Sequence record: OK076929.1 | Strand: one strand, 5' to 3' | Length of the DNA: 64,000 nt | From: Escherichia phage vB_EcoM_C2-3 | Shown here: in pieces, positions 46,588 to 55,821 of the stretch | Position numbering within the stretch: position 1 is the stretch's first letter | Layout: each line of letters opens with the position of its first letter | Made by a program: the position numbers and the translations under genes | The notes under the pieces: model-generated | Seen by the model: the letters and a program-made list of their open reading frames with translations, nothing else | The model's database searches: none | Told to the model about the DNA's origin: nothing

Positions 46588-46594
46588 GGAAAAC

Positions 46595-46846
46595 ATGGAA
46601 ACTTTAGTAGCAGGTTCAATTTTTATGGTTTTAGTTTCAGGTGTGTTGGCTATTATTATATACATGCTTCCATGGTTTATCGCCTTGATGCGTGGGTCAA
46701 AATCGACAGTAGGAATCTTTTTCACATCTTTACTGTTTAACTGGTCAATTATTGGTTGGTTTATTACATTTATTTGGTCAATTGCGGGTGAAACTAAAAA
46801 GTCTGCACAACCAAACCAGGTAATTATCATCAGAGAGAAGGAATGA
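46595..46846 (+). CDS. imm: superinfection immunity protein Imm
   Basis: 83 aa two-helix membrane protein, recognised as T4 Imm. Confidence 0.85.
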   Translation: METLVAGSIFMVLVSGVLAIIIYMLPWFIALMRGSKSTVGIFFTSLLFNWSIIGWFITFIWSIAGETKKSAQPNQVIIIREKE

Positions 46847-46992
46847 AAAGCAAAATTATAACAGTGTTGCTTTTAATCTTGATGATTATAATAAGTATAT
46901 ACTATAGTGTAACGGTTCCTCTTATGATTCCAACTATTATTTTAGGTTGGGGTTTATTACTGTTACAAGTTAAATATGAATGTATCAATTGA
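46843..46992 (+). CDS. hypothetical small membrane protein (49 aa)
   Basis: Hydrophobic small ORF, ATGA-coupled to imm. Confidence 0.35.
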   Translation: MKSKIITVLLLILMIIISIYYSVTVPLMIPTIILGWGLLLLQVKYECIN

Positions 46993-46999
46993 GGTTTAA

Positions 47000-47740
47000 A
47001 TGATTAGTGACTCTATGACAGTTGAAGAAATCCGTCTTCATTTGGGGCTTGCATTAAAAGAAAAAGATTTCGTAGTTGATAAAACTGGTGTTAAAACTAT
47101 TGAAATTATTGGCGCATCATTTGTAGCAGATGAACCGTTTATTTTTGGCGCTCTTAATGATGAATACATTCAGCGTGAACTTGAATGGTATAAATCTAAG
47201 AGCTTGTTTGTTAAAGATATTCCAGGTGAAACACCAAAGATTTGGCAGCAGGTAGCATCTTCTAAAGGCGAAATTAACTCGAATTATGGTTGGGCTATTT
47301 GGTCAGAAGATAACTATGCCCAGTATGATATGTGTTTAGCTGAACTTAGTCAAAATCCTGATTCTCGACGTGGTATCATGATTTATACTCGTCCATCCAT
47401 GCAATTTGACTACAATAAAGATGGTATGTCAGATTTCATGTGTACTAATACAGTACAGTACCTGATTCGTGATAAGAAAGTCAATGCGGTTGTTAGCATG
47501 AGAAGCAATGATTGCTGGGCAGGCTATCGTAATGATTATGCTTGGCAAAAATACGTACTAGATAAATTAGTATCTGATTTGAATGCAGGCGACCCATCGC
47601 GGCAATATAAAGCAGGTTCTATTATATGGAACGTTGGAAGTCTTCATGTGTACGAAAATCAGTTTTATTTAGTTGACCATTGGTGGAACACCGGTGAGAC
47701 TCATATTGCTAAAAAGGATTATACTGGAAAATGGAAGTAA
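47000..47740 (+). CDS. 42: dCMP hydroxymethylase gp42
   Basis: 246 aa, recognised as T4 gp42. Confidence 0.95.
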   Translation: MISDSMTVEEIRLHLGLALKEKDFVVDKTGVKTIEIIGASFVADEPFIFGALNDEYIQRELEWYKSKSLFVKDIPGETPKIWQQVASSKGEINSNYGWAIWSEDNYAQYDMCLAELSQNPDSRRGIMIYTRPSMQFDYNKDGMSDFMCTNTVQYLIRDKKVNAVVSMRSNDCWAGYRNDYAWQKYVLDKLVSDLNAGDPSRQYKAGSIIWNVGSLHVYENQFYLVDHWWNTGETHIAKKDYTGKWK

Positions 47741-48372
47741 ATGTGCCACATGTTTATAAGTATAAACATCCTAAAACTAAAAAGTGGTATATAGGAAGTC
47801 ATGATGGTCACAACCCGAATTATGATGGTTCGGGTGTAGTTTGGCAACATGCTAAAAAGAAATATGGAATAAAATCCTTTAATAAAGAAATATTATATGA
47901 AGGACCAATGTTTAGACAGGTTGAAGAAATTATTTTAACTTGTTTAGATGCTGCTAATTGTCCGGATTCATATAATTTAAAGAATGAAGCATGGGGAGGA
48001 AGTTTTCCAGGCAAATTAAATGGAATGTACGGTAAAAAACTATCTCCAGAAGAAAGATATAAGTGCGGAAATGCCTTTCGTGGAATCAAGCGTCCTGATC
48101 ATTCTAAAAGAATGAAAGGCGAAGGTAATCCAATGTATGGTAAAAATGAGCAGGCATATGGAATTATAAATCGAGCCAAGGAAAATTCTGGTAAAACTTA
48201 TGAAGAAATTTTTGGCGTAGAAAAAGCTAAAATAATTAAAGAAACGATGTCTAAAAATCGTAAAGGAAAACCTCATAATTTGATAGAAAAAATATGTCCG
48301 CATTGCGGACTAAAAGGACGTGGGCCAAATATGACAAGATACCATTTTGACAAATGTAAGGCACTTAAATGA
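47731..48372 (+). CDS. free-standing GIY-YIG homing endonuclease (Seg-like)
   Basis: HVYKYKH...KKWYIGSHDG GIY-YIG-like motif, Lys-rich tail, C-terminal CPHCG zinc motif; overlaps gene 42 stop. Confidence 0.6.
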   Translation: MEVNVPHVYKYKHPKTKKWYIGSHDGHNPNYDGSGVVWQHAKKKYGIKSFNKEILYEGPMFRQVEEIILTCLDAANCPDSYNLKNEAWGGSFPGKLNGMYGKKLSPEERYKCGNAFRGIKRPDHSKRMKGEGNPMYGKNEQAYGIINRAKENSGKTYEEIFGVEKAKIIKETMSKNRKGKPHNLIEKICPHCGLKGRGPNMTRYHFDKCKALK

Positions 48373-49211
48373 TTCAATTCGTAATTCCAAGTTATCAGCG
48401 TGTAGGGGCAGTTTCTGCCCTTAATATGTTTCCGACTGATTATGAACCCCATATTGTAGTGCGTGAACACGAAGAAAAAGCTTATTATGATGCTTATGGG
48501 TCTAGAGCTAAAATTGTAACTATTCCTGATGATGTTAATGGAATTGCCGGTACTCGTAAAGCAATTACTGATATGTATGCAGGTCAACGAATCTGGATGA
48601 TTGATGATGATACTACTATTCGTATGAGTTCAATACGAAAGAGAGACGATAAACGGCGTGTAGATAAAATTAATCAATTAACTCGTGAACAGTTCTATGA
48701 ATTGATTCAATATGTTGAAGATGCCATGGATTGCGGGTATTATCACGGTCATGCTCGTCTACCAATTTTTAAAATTACTTCATCTTGGGGTAATTATCGT
48801 GAAAATTCATATGGATTCACGAATACATGGTATGACCTCGGAAAACTTACGACAGAACAAATTGGGTATGGAAAAATTGATTTATGCGAAGATATGTATG
48901 CATTTCTCAATTTAATTAATCAAGGTTATCCGCATTTGGCCTTGTTCAAATATCTAGTTGTATCTGGAAAATCACACGCTCCCGGTGGGTGTAGTTCAAT
49001 TCGTAGTAATTCTAAACATAATAGAGCGCTTGAGCAAATCAATAGAGAGTTTCCAGAGCAAGCTCGTTGGAAAACATCGAATATTGAAAAACGAAAATCG
49101 TTGGGTGAAGAAGACGAGCCATTAAAGGTTCTTCGCATGTGTGTTTCGCGTAAAGAAAAATCAGAAGCATTTCATAAGTTTAATGCTATTCATCCAATAG
49201 CAGTTGATTAA
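48369..49211 (+). CDS. glycosyltransferase, GT-A-like, at the locus occupied by beta-gt in T4
   Basis: VIPSYQR and DDD (DxD-like) motifs suggest GT-A fold; not recognisable as T4 beta-gt. Confidence 0.5.
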   Translation: MIQFVIPSYQRVGAVSALNMFPTDYEPHIVVREHEEKAYYDAYGSRAKIVTIPDDVNGIAGTRKAITDMYAGQRIWMIDDDTTIRMSSIRKRDDKRRVDKINQLTREQFYELIQYVEDAMDCGYYHGHARLPIFKITSSWGNYRENSYGFTNTWYDLGKLTTEQIGYGKIDLCEDMYAFLNLINQGYPHLALFKYLVVSGKSHAPGGCSSIRSNSKHNRALEQINREFPEQARWKTSNIEKRKSLGEEDEPLKVLRMCVSRKEKSEAFHKFNAIHPIAVD

Positions 49212-49288
49212 TGCCTAAATTTATTGTGTTATAATTACTCTATCTTTAACCAGTGAGGAAAATATAATGATGCCTATGGAAAAAATGA

Positions 49289-50470
49289 ATGTCTATTGCA
49301 GATTTAAAATCCCGTTTGATTAAAGCTTCCACTTCTAAAATGACTGCTGAACTGACTACATCTAAATTCTTTAATGAAAAGGATGTAATCCGTACAAAAA
49401 TTCCAATGCTGAATATTGCTATTTCTGGTGCGATTGATGGCGGTATGCAGTCTGGTTTAACTATTTTCGCAGGGCCTTCTAAACACTTTAAATCAAATAT
49501 GTCTTTGACTATGGTTGCGGCATATTTGAACAAATATCCTGACGCGGTTTGTCTATTCTATGATAGCGAATTTGGTATTACTCCAGCTTATTTGCGATCC
49601 ATGGGAGTTGACCCGGAACGTGTAATTCATACGCCAATTCAATCAGTTGAACAGCTGAAAATTGATATGGTGAATCAGCTTGAAGCTATTGAGCGTGGTG
49701 AAAAGGTTATTGTATTCATCGACTCAATCGGTAATATGGCTTCTAAGAAAGAAACGGAAGATGCCTTGAATGAAAAATCTGTGGCAGATATGACTCGTGC
49801 TAAATCACTGAAGTCATTATTCCGTATTGTTACTCCTTACTTTAGCATTAAAAATATTCCGTGTGTTGCGGTTAACCATACAATTGAAACAATTGAAATG
49901 TTTAGTAAAACCGTGATGACAGGTGGTACAGGCGTAATGTATTCGGCTGATACCGTATTCATTATCGGTAAGCGTCAGATTAAAGATGGTTCTGATCTTC
50001 AGGGGTATCAATTTGTTCTAAATGTAGAAAAATCTCGTACCGTTAAAGAAAAAAGTAAATTCTTTATTGATGTTAAATTTGACGGTGGTATCGATCCTTA
50101 TTCTGGATTGTTAGATATGGCTCTAGAATTAGGATTTGTAGTAAAACCTAAGAATGGTTGGTATGCTCGTGAATTTCTTGACGAAGAAACCGGCGAGATG
50201 ATTCGCGAAGAAAAATCTTGGCGTGCAAAAGATACTAACTGCACTACATTCTGGGGTCCTTTATTTAAGCATCAACCATTCCGAGATGCTATTAAACGTG
50301 CTTATCAGTTAGGTGCTATTGATAGTAATGAAATTGTTGAAGCTGAAGTTGATGAATTGATTAACTCAAAGGTTGAAAAATTTAAATCTCCAGAAAGTAA
50401 AAGTAAATCAGCTGCTGATTTAGAAACTGACCTCGAACAGTTAAGTGATATGGAAGAATTTAATGAATAA
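49289..50470 (+). CDS. uvsX: recombinase UvsX (RecA-like)
   Basis: 393 aa, recognised as T4 UvsX. Confidence 0.95.
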   Translation: MSIADLKSRLIKASTSKMTAELTTSKFFNEKDVIRTKIPMLNIAISGAIDGGMQSGLTIFAGPSKHFKSNMSLTMVAAYLNKYPDAVCLFYDSEFGITPAYLRSMGVDPERVIHTPIQSVEQLKIDMVNQLEAIERGEKVIVFIDSIGNMASKKETEDALNEKSVADMTRAKSLKSLFRIVTPYFSIKNIPCVAVNHTIETIEMFSKTVMTGGTGVMYSADTVFIIGKRQIKDGSDLQGYQFVLNVEKSRTVKEKSKFFIDVKFDGGIDPYSGLLDMALELGFVVKPKNGWYAREFLDEETGEMIREEKSWRAKDTNCTTFWGPLFKHQPFRDAIKRAYQLGAIDSNEIVEAEVDELINSKVEKFKSPESKSKSAADLETDLEQLSDMEEFNE

Positions 50471-50807
50471 AGATGATTTAGATTTAGATCTAGAAATTAT
50501 CGATGAATCCCCCTCTTCGGAGGGGGAAGAAGAAAGAAAAGAACGTCTTTTTAACGAGTCTCTTAAGATAATTAAATCTGCCATGGAAAATGTTATCCAG
50601 GAGATTGTCATTAAACTAGAAGATGGTTCTACACACATTGTGTATGTGACAAAATTAGATTGGGTTGATGGAAAGGTTGTAATGGACTTTGCTGTTCTTG
50701 ACCAAGAAAGAAAAGCTGAGTTAGCTCCTCATGTAGAAAAATGTATTACAATGCAACTGCAAGATGCATTTAATAAAAGGTCAAAGAAAAAATTTAAATT
50801 CTTTTAA
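50463..50807 (+). CDS. 40: head vertex assembly chaperone gp40
   Basis: Position between uvsX and 41; start moved to ATG 50463. Confidence 0.7.
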   Translation: MNKDDLDLDLEIIDESPSSEGEEERKERLFNESLKIIKSAMENVIQEIVIKLEDGSTHIVYVTKLDWVDGKVVMDFAVLDQERKAELAPHVEKCITMQLQDAFNKRSKKKFKFF

Positions 50808-50816
50808 GGAGTAAGT

Positions 50817-52244
50817 GTGGTAGAAATTATTCTTTCTCATCTCATATTTGATCAAGCTTATTTTTCAAAAGTTTGGCCATATATGGATTCAGAATATTTT
50901 GAAAGTGGTCCAGCTAAAAATACATTCAAATTAATTAAATCCCATGTTAATGAGTATCATAGCGTTCCATCTATTAATGCGTTAAATGTTGCATTAGAAA
51001 ATAGTTCATTTACTGAAACAGAATATTCTGGTGTAAAAACACTTATTTCAAAACTGGCTGATTCTCCAGAAGACCACAGCTGGTTAGTAAAAGAAACAGA
51101 AAAATATGTTCAGCAAAGGGCGATGTTTAATGCTACGTCTAAAATAATCGAAATTCAAACTAATGCTGAGCTTCCTCCGGAAAAACGAAATAAGAAAATG
51201 CCAGATGTAGGTGCTATTCCTGACATCATGCGCCAAGCATTATCAATTTCATTTGATAGCTACGTTGGTCATGATTGGATGGATGACTATGAAGCGCGTT
51301 GGCTATCTTATATGAATAAAGCTCGTAAGGTTCCATTTAAACTCAGAATTCTAAACAAAATTACTAAAGGCGGAGCTGAGACTGGAACACTGAACGTTTT
51401 AATGGCTGGCGTTAACGTTGGTAAATCATTAGGATTGTGTTCATTAGCGGCAGATTATTTACAGCTCGGACATAATGTTCTTTACATTTCCATGGAAATG
51501 GCAGAAGAAGTCTGTGCTAAACGTATTGACGCTAATATGCTTGATGTTTCTCTTGATGACATTGATGATGGGCATATTTCTTACGCTGAATATAAAGGAA
51601 AAATGGAAAAATGGCGTGAGAAATCTACCCTTGGTCGTTTAATCGTTAAACAGTATCCTACTGGTGGAGCAGACGCTAACACATTCAGGTCTCTCTTGAA
51701 TGAATTGAAGCTCAAGAAGAATTTTGTTCCAACAATCATTATTGTCGACTATCTAGGTATTTGTAAATCTTGCCGCATTAGAGTTTATTCAGAAAATAGT
51801 TACACAACTGTTAAAGCTATCGCAGAGGAATTGCGTGCTCTGGCTGTTGAAACCGAAACTGTTCTTTGGACTGCAGCTCAGGTTGGTAAACAGGCTTGGG
51901 ATTCTTCCGATGTTAACATGAGCGATATTGCAGAATCTGCTGGTCTTCCAGCAACAGCTGATTTTATGCTTGCGGTCATTGAAACCGAGGAGCTAGCAGC
52001 TGCTGAACAACAACTTATTAAGCAAATCAAATCACGATATGGTGATAAGAATAAGTGGAATAAGTTTTTGATGGGTGTTCAAAAAGGAAATCAAAAATGG
52101 GTAGAAATTGAACAAGATTCTACTCCAACTGAAGTGAGTGAAGTAGCAGGTTCACAACAGATTCAGGCTGAGCAGAATCGCTATCAAAGAAATGAATCCA
52201 CTCGAGCTCAGTTAGATGCTTTGGCAAATGAATTAAAATTTTAG
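50817..52244 (+). CDS. 41: replicative DNA helicase gp41
   Basis: 475 aa, Walker A GVNVGKS, recognised as T4 gp41; GTG start. Confidence 0.95.
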   Translation: MVEIILSHLIFDQAYFSKVWPYMDSEYFESGPAKNTFKLIKSHVNEYHSVPSINALNVALENSSFTETEYSGVKTLISKLADSPEDHSWLVKETEKYVQQRAMFNATSKIIEIQTNAELPPEKRNKKMPDVGAIPDIMRQALSISFDSYVGHDWMDDYEARWLSYMNKARKVPFKLRILNKITKGGAETGTLNVLMAGVNVGKSLGLCSLAADYLQLGHNVLYISMEMAEEVCAKRIDANMLDVSLDDIDDGHISYAEYKGKMEKWREKSTLGRLIVKQYPTGGADANTFRSLLNELKLKKNFVPTIIIVDYLGICKSCRIRVYSENSYTTVKAIAEELRALAVETETVLWTAAQVGKQAWDSSDVNMSDIAESAGLPATADFMLAVIETEELAAAEQQLIKQIKSRYGDKNKWNKFLMGVQKGNQKWVEIEQDSTPTEVSEVAGSQQIQAEQNRYQRNESTRAQLDALANELKF

Positions 52245-52280
52245 TTTACAAGCTGACAAGACTATGGTATAGTAGTCTTG
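52244..52280 (+). promoter_or_regulatory. early promoter with -10 inside perfect 8-bp inverted repeat
   Basis: gtttac 52244-52249; caagacta (52257-52264) / tagtcttg (52273-52280) flank tggtatag. Confidence 0.5.
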
Positions 52281-52302
52281 TTGGTTAAATGAGGAGATTG
52301 TT

Positions 52303-52485
52303 ATGGAATTAGTAAAGGTAGTTTTTATGGGGTGGTTTAAGAATGAAAGCATGTTTACTAAAGAAACCACAATGATGAAAGATGACGTTCAATGGGCTAC
52401 TACTCAATATGCTGAAGTTAATAAAGCATTAGTTAAAGCTTTCATTGATGACAAGAAAGTATGTGAAGTAGATTGCCGAGGATAA
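52303..52485 (+). CDS. dmd: Dmd (discriminator of mRNA degradation; antitoxin against RnlA/LsoA)
   Basis: 60 aa, recognised as T4 Dmd. Confidence 0.85.
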   Translation: MELVKVVFMGWFKNESMFTKETTMMKDDVQWATTQYAEVNKALVKAFIDDKKVCEVDCRG

Positions 52486-52486
52486 T

Positions 52487-52744
52487 ATGCATATTGTTTT
52501 ATTTAAACCTACTCCGTATAACGTCAGGAAAAATACTCAATTCAAAGCACTTATTGCCGATACGTGGGAATTGGTGCTAGATATTCCAGCAGAAGAAAGT
52601 CCTCCATTTGGTCGAGTGGAATTTATTAAGTTTGCTGTGCGCCCTACTAAGCGACAGATTCGTCAATGTAAAAGATACTTTCGTAAAATCGTCAAGCTAG
52701 AGAAACAGTTTGTAACATGTGATTACGCAGAAGTTTTAAAATAA
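52487..52744 (+). CDS. hypothetical protein (85 aa; T4 61.4 position)
   Basis: ORF track. Confidence 0.55.
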   Translation: MHIVLFKPTPYNVRKNTQFKALIADTWELVLDIPAEESPPFGRVEFIKFAVRPTKRQIRQCKRYFRKIVKLEKQFVTCDYAEVLK

Positions 52745-52746
52745 CT

Positions 52747-52776
52747 GTTTACTTTTGTTGAAAATTGAGATACTAT
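52747..52776 (+). promoter_or_regulatory. early promoter
   Basis: gtttac 52747-52752, 18 bp, tactat. Confidence 0.45.
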
Positions 52777-52804
52777 ATAAACATAAACTACTGAGGAGAT
52801 TATC

Positions 52805-53098
52805 ATGAAAAAATTTATCTTTGCTACAATTTTTGCTTTAGCTTCTTGTGCTGCTCAGCCTGCTATGGCAGGTTATGATAAAGATTTGTGTGAATGGTCT
52901 ATGACTGCGGATCAGACTGAAGTTGAAACTCAAATTGAAGCAGATATTATGAATATCGTTGAGCGCGATCGTCCTGAAATGAAAGCTGAAGTGCAAAAAC
53001 AGCTTAAGTCTGGTGGTGTAATGCAGTATAATTATGTTCTGTATTGCGATAAAAACTTTAATAACAAAAATATCATCGCTGAAGTGGTAGGTGAGTAA
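52805..53098 (+). CDS. sp: Spackle periplasmic protein Sp
   Basis: 97 aa with signal peptide, recognised as T4 Sp. Confidence 0.8.
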   Translation: MKKFIFATIFALASCAAQPAMAGYDKDLCEWSMTADQTEVETQIEADIMNIVERDRPEMKAEVQKQLKSGGVMQYNYVLYCDKNFNNKNIIAEVVGE

Positions 53099-53110
53099 TT
53101 AGAGGTTAGT

Positions 53111-53467
53111 ATGCATAGTTCTGAATTTTCATATTTAAAAATGGAAAAAATTTCATACGATTTTATAGATGAAAAGGTTTATTACAGTTTCCATGAACCA
53201 CGTTTTAATAGTGAGGTTGGGTTTATTGTAGTAAAAGACAATTTCATTTTAAAGATATATTCGGCATTAAAGGATTTTCACTACGAAAATATTAACCTAA
53301 AATTTGATAAAGAAAACGTTCGTAATTGTGCAGTAACAATTACAGGAAATAAAGGCACATGTGTTATGCTATCTGATGAAATTAATGATTTGCTAAATGA
53401 TGCCGAAAAGGTTGCTATTCCATCTATTGATGACCAAATTTTTAATGCTTTTATGAATAGAGGTTAA
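53111..53467 (+). CDS. hypothetical protein (118 aa; T4 61.2 position)
   Basis: ORF track. Confidence 0.55.
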   Translation: MHSSEFSYLKMEKISYDFIDEKVYYSFHEPRFNSEVGFIVVKDNFILKIYSALKDFHYENINLKFDKENVRNCAVTITGNKGTCVMLSDEINDLLNDAEKVAIPSIDDQIFNAFMNRG

Positions 53468-53468
53468 T

Positions 53469-53633
53469 ATGAAAACATATAAAGAATTTATCAAAGAAGA
53501 TATGGTTGCTGGAGATTCAGGTGGTAATCCTGAAAATATCTCTACTGGAACAACATCAGGTGCTGTAGTAAATAAAGGTCCTGAACAGATTCCTAAAAAG
53601 AAAAAAGAGGAATCTAAAGAAAAAGAAGAGTAA
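53469..53633 (+). CDS. hypothetical small protein (54 aa) with CTS-like N-terminus MKTYKEFIKE
   Basis: Below ORF-track cutoff; N-terminus matches internal-protein capsid targeting pattern. Confidence 0.4.
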   Translation: MKTYKEFIKEDMVAGDSGGNPENISTGTTSGAVVNKGPEQIPKKKKEESKEKEE

Positions 53634-53636
53634 AGA

Positions 53637-54665
53637 ATGTCATCAATACCTTGGATTGATAATGAGTTTGCATATCGTGCATTAGCTCATTTACCTAAAT
53701 TCACACAAGTAAATAATAGTTCAACTTTTAAATTACGGTTTAGATGCCCAGTTTGTGGAGATTCAAAAACCGACCAAAATAAAGCCCGTGGATGGTATTA
53801 TGGTGATAATAATGAAGGAAATATTCATTGTTATAACTGTAACTATCATGCGCCAATCGGAATATATTTAAAGGAGTTTGAACCTGATTTATATCGTGAG
53901 TATATCTTTGAAATAAGAAAAGAAAAAGGTAAAAGTCGTCCAGTAGAAAAACCTAAAGAACTTCCTAAACATCCTGAGAAGAAAATAATTAAATCTCTTC
54001 CGTCATGTGTTAGATTAGATAAACTGACGGAAGACCATCCAATTATAAAATATGTAAAAGCTCGTTGTATTCCAAAGGATAAATGGAAATATCTTTGGTT
54101 TACAACCGAATGGCCTAAATTGGTTAATAGCATAGCACCGGGAACATATAAAAAGGAAATACCTGAGCCTCGTCTTGTTATTCCAATTTATAATGCTAAT
54201 GGAAAAGCTGAGTCTTTTCAAGGACGTGCATTAAAGAAAGATGCTCCTCAAAAATATATCACCATCAAAGCTTATCCTGAGGCAACAAAAATATATGGAG
54301 TCGAACGAGTTAAAGATGGTGATGTATATGTTCTAGAAGGACCTATAGATTCACTTTTTATTGAAAATGGTATAGCTATTACGGGTGGTCAATTAGACCT
54401 AGAAGTTGTTCCATTTAAAGATAGACGTGTGTGGGTTTTAGATAATGAACCTCGTCATCCTGACACTATTAAGCGAATGACTAAATTAGTTGATGCAGGA
54501 GAAAGGGTTATGTTTTGGGATAAATCTCCCTGGAAATCAAAAGATGTTAATGATATGATTAGAAAGGAAGGTGCAACCACTGAACAAATTATGGAATATA
54601 TGAAAAATAATATTGCCCAGGGGTTGATGGCTAAAATGCGGCTATCTAAATATGCTAAGATTTAA
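53637..54665 (+). CDS. 61: DNA primase gp61
   Basis: 342 aa; zinc finger CPVCGDSK...CYNC; recognised as T4 gp61. Confidence 0.95.
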   Translation: MSSIPWIDNEFAYRALAHLPKFTQVNNSSTFKLRFRCPVCGDSKTDQNKARGWYYGDNNEGNIHCYNCNYHAPIGIYLKEFEPDLYREYIFEIRKEKGKSRPVEKPKELPKHPEKKIIKSLPSCVRLDKLTEDHPIIKYVKARCIPKDKWKYLWFTTEWPKLVNSIAPGTYKKEIPEPRLVIPIYNANGKAESFQGRALKKDAPQKYITIKAYPEATKIYGVERVKDGDVYVLEGPIDSLFIENGIAITGGQLDLEVVPFKDRRVWVLDNEPRHPDTIKRMTKLVDAGERVMFWDKSPWKSKDVNDMIRKEGATTEQIMEYMKNNIAQGLMAKMRLSKYAKI

Positions 54666-54862
54666 ATTAACCCAACTAAAGCAAATGCTAAATCTACGAA
54701 TGTATCAAGAGTAATTACTGGAATATTAACACCATGAGCAATAGCAATTGGTGATAAAACAAAATTCCAGAGTAAAATTCCTACCGTAGCAGAAATAGTA
54801 AAAGCTATACGTTTTTTATTACCTTTTATGGCATTAACAAGTGCCATTAATTTTTGTACCAT
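54662..54862 (-). CDS. hypothetical small membrane protein (66 aa), antisense to the early-gene cluster
   Basis: Only credible minus-strand ORF outside + genes; fills 61-56 gap; GGAGGA SD 4 nt before ATG; two hydrophobic segments. Confidence 0.45.
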   Translation of the reverse strand: MVQKLMALVNAIKGNKKRIAFTISATVGILLWNFVLSPIAIAHGVNIPVITLDTFVDLAFALVGLI

Positions 54863-54933
54863 ATGTCCTCCTTATTGCTTTATATATTTATTGTATAATT
54901 AATCTACTAACCCATGAATTGAAAGGAAAAATA

Positions 54934-55452
54934 ATGGCATACTTTAATGAATGTTCACAACTGATTGAAGGCGCTGATAAAGCTCAAAATGAATACTGGG
55001 ATATTCTCGGTGATGAAAAAGACCCGCTGCAAGTTATGCTTGATATGCAGAAATCTCTTCAGGTTCGTTTAGCTAAAGATAAACCTGAATATAACCGTCA
55101 TCCTGATGATTTGGCTACCGCAGGCGAAGTTGTTGATTGGTTGCGTAATCAGAAAGATTATATTGATGATGAATTCCGCGAACTATTGACTTCTCTTGGT
55201 GGTATGAGCAATGGTGAAAAAGATGCATCTGCTGTATGGAAGCCTTGGAAAGCTCAACATGGTGAACGACGTGAAACTCTGATTACTGATTTGTCTCCAC
55301 AAGACCAGTTGGAAATTAAATTCGAAATGATTGATATTCTTCATTTCGTTCTGAACATGTTCCAAGGTCTCGGTCTTACGGCTGAAGAAATCTTTAAACT
55401 TTATTATTTGAAAAATGCTGAAAACTTCGCTCGTCAAGACCGAGGTTATTAA
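54934..55452 (+). CDS. 56: dCTPase/dUTPase gp56
   Basis: Start moved to MAYFNE; recognised as T4 gp56. Confidence 0.9.
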   Translation: MAYFNECSQLIEGADKAQNEYWDILGDEKDPLQVMLDMQKSLQVRLAKDKPEYNRHPDDLATAGEVVDWLRNQKDYIDDEFRELLTSLGGMSNGEKDASAVWKPWKAQHGERRETLITDLSPQDQLEIKFEMIDILHFVLNMFQGLGLTAEEIFKLYYLKNAENFARQDRGY

Positions 55453-55676
55453 TGGCTCGTTTAAATAAACGCCAGCTTAAGAAAGCCCGCAAGAAACGTA
55501 TTGACCAGCTATTTAAAAATTATGACAAAGAGCTCACATACGAGCTCTTATCTAATCAGCTTCGTGCAGTTGATTGGGGTTTAGAAGAAGGTCTTGATGA
55601 AATTTTTGTCAGTAAAGAAGCCTTAAAATTAATTATAGAGCATTCAAATGAAAATATCCAAAGAAGAATTTATTAG
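55452..55676 (+). CDS. hypothetical protein (74 aa)
   Basis: ORF track; ATGA-type overlap with gene 56 stop. Confidence 0.5.
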   Translation: MARLNKRQLKKARKKRIDQLFKNYDKELTYELLSNQLRAVDWGLEEGLDEIFVSKEALKLIIEHSNENIQRRIY

Positions 55677-55821
55677 ACGACAAAAAGCTTTAATTAATTT
55701 ACACGAGTGGTATGCCTATCAACTTAAAGTAGATAGCTCTAATATAAATGCTGTAATGGCTTTATATAAACAAATTCAAGATGAACACGAATTCCTGGCA
55801 CAAGTTTTCATTGAAGACTGA
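55648..55821 (+). CDS. hypothetical small protein (57 aa)
   Basis: Small ORF overlapping upstream gene in another frame. Confidence 0.3.
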   Translation: MKISKEEFIRRQKALINLHEWYAYQLKVDSSNINAVMALYKQIQDEHEFLAQVFIED

